DNA from: Blastocatellia bacterium AA13
GTDB lineage: Bacteria; Acidobacteriota; Blastocatellia; UBA7656
Direction of reading: 5' to 3'
DNA: 64,000 nucleotides
NCBI GenBank assembly: GCA_003222245.1
Contig: QHVH01000021.1
Coordinates: 8,262 to 72,261, forward strand
Shown here in pieces: positions 18,916-27,422 of the stretch; within the stretch, counting starts at the first letter, position 1, and each line of letters starts with the position of its first letter. The position numbers were made by a program, and so were the translations under genes. The notes beneath the pieces were generated by a model that was not told the origin of the DNA, made no database searches, and was given only the letters and a program-made list of their open reading frames with translations.

Positions 18916-19252
18916 CGCATTGGCCTGCCTTTGGTTTGCAAGCGCCTGGCTAGTCTGCCTAGAAGCGCAAACGGTCAAAACTCTGGACGCCGTTTACATT
19001 CGTCAAGAGTCGCGACAAGTATGACCCCTCACAAAATAGCGCTAAAACTGCTCTTTACATTTGATCGAGAACAAACTAACTTTCTTTCTCCGGGTCGGCG
19101 TTTCGCACTGACCAAGTTTATCTCTATATTACCTCGATCAGTCGCCCCGATTAGACCGATGTTTGCGTTCTATCGTTCCCAAGTAGTGAGTTGCAGGTGG
19201 CCTGCTAATGCGTTTCCCATCGAGTTTTGTGAATCTGTAAAGGAGGCGGGAT

Positions 19253-20872
19253 ATGGGCTTCCAATTCAATATTGAGCATGCAAGCCTTGCCGGCTGGCTG
19301 ACGCGCCGAGACTTCCCGTTTCCGATTGATGAGTTCGACTGGGGGCCATGGCCTGAGCCTTGGCATCGGCATTATCGACGACGACGCAATCTCGCTCGCA
19401 ATGAAGAGGAGTACGCTGGTACCGGGGAGTGGCGCGCACCACGAGTTCAATTGCACGTGCTGGACGATTTTCTCAAAAGGCTGCCGGATTCCGTTGTAAC
19501 CTCGTCTCCGGAAGATCACGCATTCCTTCGCGACTTGGTAGCCGCAGCTAAGAAAGCCCTTCTGTTTGTTGGTGGAAAAAAAGTCAAGGTGGGAGAGAAG
19601 GAGCAGGAAACTGTCCTCTCCTCTTCCGAAGTCGCACATGTCCTAGGCCCCCTTCGTATTTGGTTCGATGTGCCGTTTTACTTCATGCCGCTTGGAAGCC
19701 ACATTCCGTTGGAGCGCTTCCGAGATTCAACCGACTACACGATGTGGCTCCAGTGTTACGATGACATACGGAAGGGAGTCTCCAAGGACTTACTCGATCC
19801 ATTTCCACCCCTCAGACAATTACTTACTACAGCGCCTTCTATGCCCGTCACCGCGTGTTGGACGTGGAGCGGTGAAGCTGCATTGATACCGAGGGAAAAA
19901 TGTTCGACTGAGCGACTGCTACGACTGGTCCACGAAACACCCCCTTGGCGTCTTTGGCGCGAGTTGAAGCTGCTACACCATTCACAGGCGCCAGCTTTCA
20001 ACCTCCTACAACTCAGCGATCTTCATTTTGGGGCTGGCGCCGTGACCAACCGCAAACTCGCCTGCGTTGAGCAGCACCTCCGCGACCGCATCGACGGAAT
20101 CAGAAAGAATGGAGGGGCGGTGCAACCGGTCATCACTGGCGATCTAATGGACACGCCCAGCCAGAAGAACTTAGAGGAATTCGAGGCCTTTCGAAATCGG
20201 CTCACTGACTACTCCAAGACGCCGGTAATATGTATCCCAGGCAACCACGACATGCGGACGAAGGGTTTTTGGAGGAAGAAGTTGGAGGCGCTCGCGGGCC
20301 TGGAATGGCAGAGTGTAATCGCGGGTGATGTGTCCAAGGTCATATTCCTTTGTTTCGATACCTCGCGAGACGCGAAGCTCGCTCAAGGTCGAATAACTGA
20401 CGATCAGTTCATTGAAGTTGCTACAAAGCTCACTGAGCTGCGTCGCCTGGGCGACTATGCTGATCATATAAGCATAGCTCTTACGCATCATCATCCATTC
20501 TCCAGTAGTGAGGATGAAATCGATACGATTCCTTTCCTTGGAATTCGCGAGGAGCGATTTCTTCGCATGGAGAACGGCGATCATCTCGTGCGCTGGTGTG
20601 CGCGCAATAGTGTTCCGTTGATCCTTCACGGTCACAAGCACCGGCCGAGATTTATCGGTCAGGAGATAGAACTTGAGGGTCGTACGCAACTGGTTCGTGC
20701 CGTGGGTTGTGGCTCCAGTTTAGGAATTGAAAGCAAGCCTCTGTCATTCAATTGGATCACTTGGCAGCCCGATGCGAAACAATGGACGGTCTCTTTCTTT
20801 GCCGATCCTGGCGACGGCAGCGGGTTTCAGGAAAAGCGGTTGGCAATAGGAGGGACGCGTGATGCTGCCTGA
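19253..20872 (+). CDS. Calcineurin-like metallophosphoesterase (CpdA/Icc-like motif set) with a roughly 250-aa unknown N-terminal domain
   Basis: Ordered motifs 'LSDLHFG', 'ITGDLMD', 'IPGNHD', 'LTHHHP' and 'LHGHKH'. Confidence 0.8.
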   Translation: MGFQFNIEHASLAGWLTRRDFPFPIDEFDWGPWPEPWHRHYRRRRNLARNEEEYAGTGEWRAPRVQLHVLDDFLKRLPDSVVTSSPEDHAFLRDLVAAAKKALLFVGGKKVKVGEKEQETVLSSSEVAHVLGPLRIWFDVPFYFMPLGSHIPLERFRDSTDYTMWLQCYDDIRKGVSKDLLDPFPPLRQLLTTAPSMPVTACWTWSGEAALIPREKCSTERLLRLVHETPPWRLWRELKLLHHSQAPAFNLLQLSDLHFGAGAVTNRKLACVEQHLRDRIDGIRKNGGAVQPVITGDLMDTPSQKNLEEFEAFRNRLTDYSKTPVICIPGNHDMRTKGFWRKKLEALAGLEWQSVIAGDVSKVIFLCFDTSRDAKLAQGRITDDQFIEVATKLTELRRLGDYADHISIALTHHHPFSSSEDEIDTIPFLGIREERFLRMENGDHLVRWCARNSVPLILHGHKHRPRFIGQEIELEGRTQLVRAVGCGSSLGIESKPLSFNWITWQPDAKQWTVSFFADPGDGSGFQEKRLAIGGTRDAA

Positions 20873-20984
20873 GTGCTGCATCTCGAAAGTCTGAGGTCGT
20901 CGGCGAAGAAAACACGAACCGTGCATATCAGGAGCGAGCGGGCATTTGAGCCAGACATCTGAAGACGTGAAGGAACAGACATTG

Positions 20985-21789
20985 ATGCCCGACTCTGAGG
21001 GGCAGGAGAAGACCCGACTCTTCGCTGTCGCACTATTTGATGTTCTGGGATTCGAAAACCTCGTTCGATCACAGGGAGTCCTTGAGATTCGCCGCAGATA
21101 TAGGACGCTGATCGATCAGGCCGTCGCGGTGCCAGATGGCCGCTTCTTGAATCTGATCGACGGTGCTATGGTCGTCGGCTACATGGAAAACACGCACGCC
21201 TACTTCAGCGATACGATCCTCCTATGGCAACCGTTGGATCGCCTCTTGGCCCAACCCTTTGTCTCGCGTTGCGCCGATATGGTAGCGGCTGCCTTGCAAA
21301 TGGAAATGCCCCTGCGTGGCGCAATTGCGCTTGGTCCCGCGGAACTGGATAAAGACGCCAACGTCTACCTCGGCGAACCTCTCATTGAGGCTGCAAGGCT
21401 CGAATCTCAACAGGAGTGGATTGGGGCAGCGTTCGGGGCCTTTTTCAATGTGGCCACCCTGGATGGCAGAGATGTCTACGCGTGATGTGGTGCCCTATCG
21501 CATTCCTCTGAAAAACGAGGCGGCGCGAGAAGAACTGTGCGGTTCTTTTGCAATCAATTGGTGCCGAAGAGTAGGAGCAGGCGCAATACCAATTCTGGAA
21601 AGGCTTCGCGACAATCTGTCTTCAGATGCAGAGTCAATTCGGCGGAAGTATGAGAATACAATTGCATTTGTGAGCGAGACTGAGCGCTGGCTCGCTTATG
21701 TCGAAAAAGAGAAACTCTCGGGATTTCGGATGGTGAGCCCAGAAGAGGTCGAGCGCGATGGAATAATCGATCCTCTCATCCTCGAATGA
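20985..21789 (+). pseudogene. Cyclase-like paralog C1, frame-shifted
   Basis: The first frame carries 'ALFDVLGFE', 'AYFSDTILLW', 'MPLRGAIALG' and 'YLGEPLIEAARLES..WIGAAFG', ending at 21485. The homologous C-terminal part ('DVVPYRIPLKNE..') continues in the +1 frame to 21789. Deleting 13 nt restores the frame. Confidence 0.6.
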
Positions 21790-21876
21790 ATCCGAGCCTC
21801 TCATATGAGGTTGGCCCGCATCGCCGGACCGTGAGTGCAGCGTTGCGAAAGCCGCTTAGAGGATCAGAAACAAGCA

Positions 21877-22683
21877 ATGGGACCGCGAGCTACCATCCCG
21901 TCCGACGTTGTTGCCGACGTGCTAACTGCTTCACGTCGGCGTTGTTGTGTCTGCTTTGCACTTCGAAGTGACGATACCGAGAAGAGGGGCCAAATCGCGC
22001 ACCTTGACCAAGACCGATCGAATAACTCTAAAGACAACCTTGCGTTCCTCTGTCTCGAACATCACGACCAATACGATTCGAAAACGAGTCAATCCAAAGG
22101 CATTACAATGCTTGAAGTGAAGCGCTACCGCACTTATCTCTACGAAAGTCTCGCGTCTCTGCTTGCTAACCCGCCCTCACCGTCATCTGCGCCTCCAAGC
22201 CCGATGTCAGTAATCCCCGTACGCCTCCATCTATATAGAACGGAAGCTGAGGCTCTCAACTATTCGCCTCGCACTGCCCTGGTGCGTTTCAGCATAACCA
22301 ATCTTTCGGACGACTTGCTAAAACTCGTGAGCCTCATAGTACGGGTACTCGCGAAGAACGCAAAACGTCGATTTCGATTGCCGGCCGTTGGTGCGCCTCA
22401 CGATGAATATAAGCTTAGCGCCGATCTCTCCGTCGGAAATGTTGTGGAGATCTTGGACGATGTTCGACATCAGTTCATTTTGAAGCCGCGCGAGTCGGAC
22501 GCATTTTCTCTGGCTCTATTTGGAAACGAGGGTTACGAATACAAAATCATAATAGTTTGTGCTCTAGAGTCCATCGAACACCAAGAGCGAGGGCGTTGGA
22601 CGACTGAGACTCAGCCAATAACGATTTCGTATCCAATCAGAACTGTCGAAGGCTATCGAGACCATGGAAACCTATCCGACTGA
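21877..22683 (+). CDS. HNH-like zinc-finger protein with an unknown beta-rich C-terminal domain
   Basis: 'RRRCCVCFAL..GQIAHLDQDRSNNSKDNLAFLCLEHHDQYDS' (Cys pair, His, Asn, Cys-x2-His-His). The likely start is the ATG at 21877; the longest ORF starts at 21835. Confidence 0.5.
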   Translation: MGPRATIPSDVVADVLTASRRRCCVCFALRSDDTEKRGQIAHLDQDRSNNSKDNLAFLCLEHHDQYDSKTSQSKGITMLEVKRYRTYLYESLASLLANPPSPSSAPPSPMSVIPVRLHLYRTEAEALNYSPRTALVRFSITNLSDDLLKLVSLIVRVLAKNAKRRFRLPAVGAPHDEYKLSADLSVGNVVEILDDVRHQFILKPRESDAFSLALFGNEGYEYKIIIVCALESIEHQERGRWTTETQPITISYPIRTVEGYRDHGNLSD

Positions 22684-23686
22684 AATGACCGTGACGGCGC
22701 CTTGTGCCAACTGCGGTAGCCATGTTTCGGTGCCGCTTCCCATCCAATTAGAATTGATCCACGCAGATTTCATTGCGAAATGGCCGGCGTCAAGACTGGA
22801 AGACACTATGTGCGGAAGCTGCGGCGCCGTCTGGCCACTGGGAGAGATGCCCTGTGTATACTGGGGCGATGGATGGGCTGCCCTCACTCTGGATGGTCCT
22901 CGTACCGGCATCGAGATCCTCACTCAAATCGCTAACTGGATGCCTGTACATAGATTCGGAAGCGCCGGCTCCCCGTTTATCGTCCGTGTCTTTGACTCAC
23001 TGAAGGATTTAGGATACGTTCTCAAGCATCCCGAATGCTCCGTCTTTCGTGAAGACCTCAAAGGACGAGTAACCCGTCACTGGGACGACGAGGTTCTGGC
23101 GCTCATTGACATCTCAGACGCAGCGTTGGAGGGCAGAGTGGAATGGCTCAGCTATGTCATCTTGGCCGGGGTAGTCCAAGACTATCCTGAGTTCTTCTTC
23201 ATTTCCCAGATGCGTAATGCGCTTGAACTCACAGCCCTGGCAAGCGGCGATGAATCACTCCCCATCTCTGCGGACGGAGCGAGTACCGGCTTAGACGAAT
23301 ATAACCAGATGGTAAAGGCTCTTGAACCTCATCGCCCAGTTTCTGAATTGGATTCATACCACATATGGTATGATGCGCCGCTTGATGAGAACACGGAACG
23401 GCCGATCGAGGGAAGCGTAACTCGCCTCATTCGACAGTCACCGCCCAACATCGACCTATGCAAGGTCTGGCTCAGGATTCTTGTTGCCGGGGCATTTCTT
23501 AGGCACGAACTCACGAAACGGAAACTACCTGCGACCCAGCGAGCCAAGGAATGGTTATGTGAGGAGAAGTTGCGTGCACGATGGCCGCATCTGGCGGTAG
23601 CCGAGCGGACAAAGCTTGGTGCGTACTTTCAAGAACTGACCGGAAGAGAGCTGAAGGACGTCTATGGACTGGACTCGCGAGTCTAA
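22664..23686 (+). CDS. Zinc-ribbon (CpXC-like, two CxxC pairs) protein, otherwise unknown
   Basis: 'CANCGSHV' and 'CGSCGAVW' within the first 55 aa. A 20-nt overlap with the upstream gene suggests coupling. Confidence 0.5.
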   Translation: METYPTEMTVTAPCANCGSHVSVPLPIQLELIHADFIAKWPASRLEDTMCGSCGAVWPLGEMPCVYWGDGWAALTLDGPRTGIEILTQIANWMPVHRFGSAGSPFIVRVFDSLKDLGYVLKHPECSVFREDLKGRVTRHWDDEVLALIDISDAALEGRVEWLSYVILAGVVQDYPEFFFISQMRNALELTALASGDESLPISADGASTGLDEYNQMVKALEPHRPVSELDSYHIWYDAPLDENTERPIEGSVTRLIRQSPPNIDLCKVWLRILVAGAFLRHELTKRKLPATQRAKEWLCEEKLRARWPHLAVAERTKLGAYFQELTGRELKDVYGLDSRV

Positions 23687-23743
23687 AGATACGCTTGACG
23701 CCGTCTTACTGGGCGAGCGATTCCAAACGGTGCCCGGCTCACA

Positions 23744-24961
23744 ATGACTGTTGCTCGGCGCGCCGAAGTGATGAGTTTCGACATGGAATCAACCGACTCT
23801 CTGTTCGAACCCGACGACGATGAAAACTTCGTCTGGTTCGTCAAGAACCATCTCAAGAAGGGCGCGGCCAGCGTCAGGGGCATCACGGAGGCGGAGTATT
23901 TAGCGACTTGCCGTGAACGATGGGACGGTTGCGCGGCGGACAGAGTGTACGCGATTAAGTTCCTAGTAGACCCGCTCGTGCAGCCGGACCTGGTGGCGGA
24001 ACTACCAGACGAGTTCATTCAGCCGGGCGAACCCTTCTGCACCCTTGTAGCCAGAATCGGTTCACGCGGAGAGCTAATAGACGCACCGGAGGACTACACG
24101 CCGCCTTCGTACCCGGGCGTCCACCTAGCGCATATCGTTGCTGGCTCTCCCTCTGGAGGTGTGGTTCCTGATCCGCATGAGCCTACCGAGTATCTCATCG
24201 CCTTTTTGGACGTACTAGGATTCGAGGCTCTTCTGAACCGAATCGGACTTGAGGCACTGACGCTACGTTACCAGCAGTTGCTGTCAGTAGCTCTTAGTCC
24301 GCAATCCGAGTCACGACCGTGGAGTCGCGCCCAGGCAATTGTGAATGGAGAACCAACGCCAACCCTGATGTGGCTTCCCATCCAAACAGCGTATTTCAGC
24401 GATAGCCTACTGCTGTGGGTTCCCTATCATCCGGGCCACGTTGAGGAGTTCTTGAATCGCTGCTCAAGAGTGTTTTGCGATGCCTTGGCGCATGGCCTGC
24501 CCATCAGGGGCGCAATCTCGGCGGGACAAGCTACATTGGATAAGGAGAGGGGTATCTACCTCGGTCTTCCGCTGATCGAGGCGGTTCGCCTGGAAAGCAA
24601 GTCCAACTGGGTTGGTGTCTCCCTTGCAGCCTCTTGGAAGTCTGAGACGCTCCGAATCCCAGTCCCTCCCGACACGGTTTTTCTATACAACCCTCCGCTC
24701 AAGGACGGCGGTAACGCACTGTTTTCCGGTTTAGTACTGGATTGGCCGCGCGCGTGGCGGGAGTCGCGCGAAGATTCCGCTCTCCCGTATCTAGCGGACC
24801 TTTGCCTTCCGGACCTCCTACCGGATCTGAAGGCGAGATACGACGCAGCATCGACCTTCTGGCTGCATTCGGAGAAGAACAGAGATTGGTGCCTGCCGCC
24901 TGGCTGGACACGAGAGACAGTCCGCAGTGTATGGGGCGATGAATCAAACGACGGGATGTAG
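23744..24961 (+). CDS. Cyclase-like paralog C2, with a roughly 150-aa N-terminal extension
   Basis: 'AFLDVLGFE', 'AYFSDSLLLW', 'LPIRGAISAG', 'YLGLPLIEAVRLES..WVGVS' and 'LDWPRAWRES'. Confidence 0.65.
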   Translation: MTVARRAEVMSFDMESTDSLFEPDDDENFVWFVKNHLKKGAASVRGITEAEYLATCRERWDGCAADRVYAIKFLVDPLVQPDLVAELPDEFIQPGEPFCTLVARIGSRGELIDAPEDYTPPSYPGVHLAHIVAGSPSGGVVPDPHEPTEYLIAFLDVLGFEALLNRIGLEALTLRYQQLLSVALSPQSESRPWSRAQAIVNGEPTPTLMWLPIQTAYFSDSLLLWVPYHPGHVEEFLNRCSRVFCDALAHGLPIRGAISAGQATLDKERGIYLGLPLIEAVRLESKSNWVGVSLAASWKSETLRIPVPPDTVFLYNPPLKDGGNALFSGLVLDWPRAWRESREDSALPYLADLCLPDLLPDLKARYDAASTFWLHSEKNRDWCLPPGWTRETVRSVWGDESNDGM

Positions 24962-24982
24962 CCGAGTTAGCCACGAGCAACT

Positions 24983-25708
24983 ATGTCATCTCCAAGCCAT
25001 TCTCATCTTGTCTGCCTTCTCGATGTGCTCGGCTTCGAGAGCCAGTTGAAGGCTCTTGGCCTAGCAGGAATACATGCCAAGTACTCAAGACTAATCGAGT
25101 ACGTTAAGAGGGAGAAGGGCGGCATCGATGTCGTGCCTACGCCCGATGGACACGTTGCGGTAGGCTGGCTCGTCATCGGCAATGCCTACTTCAGCGACTC
25201 GCTCCTGTTTTGGACCCACTACAGCCCAATTACGCTTCCGAGCTTCACGCACTGTATAGCCGAGGCCATTTGTTTTGGGCTTGAGGTTGAATTGCCGCTG
25301 CGCGGAGCCATAGCTGTAGGCGAAGCCATACTTGACGAAGGTAGCGGAGTGTTCTTGGGCGAGCCGCTTGTCGAAGTGGCCCGAACCGAACGTACGCAAC
25401 ATTGGGTCGGAGCCTCCTTTGGTCCGTCTTTTGCCAAGCCGGGCTTCAACGACGGTTTCCAACTGCACACCATCTTGCCATACAAGAGTCATTACAAGGA
25501 CCGAGCAAACGAGTACGCGACCGGAATGACCGTGGATTGGCCCAGGCGTTGGCGTGAAAGCCGGAAGACCGATCCACGACCAACATTGATGGGCCTTGAT
25601 CGTGATCCGGCGTTCTCCACTTATTATTCAAGTACTGAGAGCTTCATCGCGTTTTCCGAAGAGAACCACGACTGGTTTCGCAAGCAAGGCCGTCTTGACT
25701 ACGGCTAA
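24983..25708 (+). CDS. Cyclase-like paralog C3, the minimal 241-aa form
   Basis: 'CLLDVLGFE', 'AYFSDSLLFW', 'LPLRGAIAVG', 'FLGEPLVEVARTER..WVGASFG' and 'VDWPRRWRES'. Confidence 0.7.
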   Translation: MSSPSHSHLVCLLDVLGFESQLKALGLAGIHAKYSRLIEYVKREKGGIDVVPTPDGHVAVGWLVIGNAYFSDSLLFWTHYSPITLPSFTHCIAEAICFGLEVELPLRGAIAVGEAILDEGSGVFLGEPLVEVARTERTQHWVGASFGPSFAKPGFNDGFQLHTILPYKSHYKDRANEYATGMTVDWPRRWRESRKTDPRPTLMGLDRDPAFSTYYSSTESFIAFSEENHDWFRKQGRLDYG

Positions 25709-25849
25709 GCCTGTTTTAACCTTGCACGTTGGCGGAAAAGCGCTCGGCATATTCGCTACGACTGACCAATTCGTGAATCCATCCTGGCGTGTTGCTAGAG
25801 CCCATGGAGTTGTATCTCAAAAAGAAGGGAGTGGACTCTACAGCTCATG

Positions 25850-25865
25850 CTCACACGTGTGAGCG
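25850..25865. terminator. Palindrome between convergent genes
   Basis: 'gctcacacgtgtgagc' followed by 'gctttct'. The stem is short, so this is tentative. Confidence 0.3.
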
Positions 25866-25906
25866 CTTTCTAAAGAAGGCTTACGCGACGCCAACCCACC
25901 GAAGCG

Positions 25907-27229
25907 TCAGCAACCAATGTATAGCAAGCCTGGTGAAAATGATCCAAGAGCGATAGCTTCGTCTGCAACGCAGAAATTGAGGGACTTGCTACCCGGGTGG
26001 AAGCACAATGAGAAATCCGCCTGCCAGGTCGTGCCAGAGCAGACCAGTGTTGGTGCATGGTCTGTGGCAAGGAAGTCCGGGTAGCAGATCATCGCGACGC
26101 AGGTATCCAGCACCCCAGAGAGTACGAATTGTTCAGGGAGAGTCACAATTTGTTCGCGGGCAGCTCGAACGGAGTAACCTTGGAGAGCTACCGGGAACAG
26201 AATTCCAACGACAGGCCCAATTGCCATTTTCGCGATCAATATCTCTTGACGTGACTCGCTCGCAATTGCCAACTGGCCGTGCAGCTTGCCGGTCATACTG
26301 TCTTGAAAGTGACGCTTCCCAAACGTGGCCATGTAAGCCCTCTTGACCGCTGGCAGGAACACTTCGTCAACAAGATGGCCGTAATCTCCAATCTCACACT
26401 TCGGCAGGCAAATCGGGAAATATGCACCGTTCAGGATGGGTGCCAACCGCTCATCGGCTGCGAGCTTGCCAAGCAACATCTTTGACCTCAGTTCGAGGTC
26501 AGCTATATTGCCAAAAGATCCAAGTGTGGAGGACTTCCGACGCAAAGGGGCGTTGGTTGGCTCAATGGACGCCGAAGGAGTGACAGGGGACTGCGTCGAA
26601 ATGAGGAGCTTTTCGCCGACGGTCGACATCCACTGCCGCATGGCTGCTATATCGTCCTCCAGTCGTCGGATTGATTCTCCCGACAGTGTCTTGTAGAACG
26701 AGTTTGCGACGTGGGGATACTGCTGCAGAAGTTGGTCGATCCGCTCCCATGTCATGAGTTGAATCTGGAACAGACTCTGAGCGATGTGCTCCTTGTTTAG
26801 AGCGGCAACGGCCTCATAGGCTCCCGCGGTTCTCTTCGCTGAGGTCATAATGAAGTAAGTGTCTAGGCTAGGGGTTAACGTGCGTGCCCTCCGAACCTCG
26901 GCGTCGATCTCCGCGCGGCGAAGACTCTTCAATGGGCCGCGCAGTTTGCATTGCGCACCTATAATGGGCCGCTCGCCAGATGGATCGAAGATGTCGACGC
27001 CGGACTGGCTCTCACCGCGGTGTCCGTACAGTTCCAGATGTGGACGATTGCAGTGAACGCGCAAAAGCTGAAGGCACAGTTCCTCGAAGTCCTGCTCGTT
27101 TGCGGGCACCGGATAGATCAGGCGGATTGGCGGCACGTCGTAGCGATAGTCGCAGGTGCTCCTGCTGTTGTCCAGGGGCATCGATCCGGCAAACGCGCGT
27201 CTGGTGAGGCGCATCAGCACATCAGGCAT
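25907..27229 (-). CDS. Protein with an N-terminal Mrr-like PD-(D/E)xK nuclease motif and an unknown C-terminal half
   Basis: 'FEELCLQLL..LYGHRGESQSGVDIFDPSGERPIIGAQCKLR' fits the D..(Q/E)xK restriction-endonuclease-fold pattern. Confidence 0.6.
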   Translation of the reverse strand: MPDVLMRLTRRAFAGSMPLDNSRSTCDYRYDVPPIRLIYPVPANEQDFEELCLQLLRVHCNRPHLELYGHRGESQSGVDIFDPSGERPIIGAQCKLRGPLKSLRRAEIDAEVRRARTLTPSLDTYFIMTSAKRTAGAYEAVAALNKEHIAQSLFQIQLMTWERIDQLLQQYPHVANSFYKTLSGESIRRLEDDIAAMRQWMSTVGEKLLISTQSPVTPSASIEPTNAPLRRKSSTLGSFGNIADLELRSKMLLGKLAADERLAPILNGAYFPICLPKCEIGDYGHLVDEVFLPAVKRAYMATFGKRHFQDSMTGKLHGQLAIASESRQEILIAKMAIGPVVGILFPVALQGYSVRAAREQIVTLPEQFVLSGVLDTCVAMICYPDFLATDHAPTLVCSGTTWQADFSLCFHPGSKSLNFCVADEAIALGSFSPGLLYIGC

Positions 27230-27422
27230 GCTCGCGATGGCTTACCGTCTCAGTCTCACAAAGTCAGACCGCTTTGGCCCGCCATGGGTTCTTGCGCGTG
27301 GTGCCAACATTGAGTCTGGTCGTCCTAATAATGGCACAGCGAACACATGAGGCGCGCGAATTGTCCAACAAGTCTCGGGACGCTTCGCAAGTGCGGGTTG
27401 CAGGTCACTCTCCATTCATTGA

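Noticed and set aside
21316-21483. Upstream part of ORF 21316..21789 as an independent overlapping gene
   Set aside because: Only the portion after about 21484 is homologous to the paralog C-termini. The earlier part is an out-of-frame read-through of copy C1.
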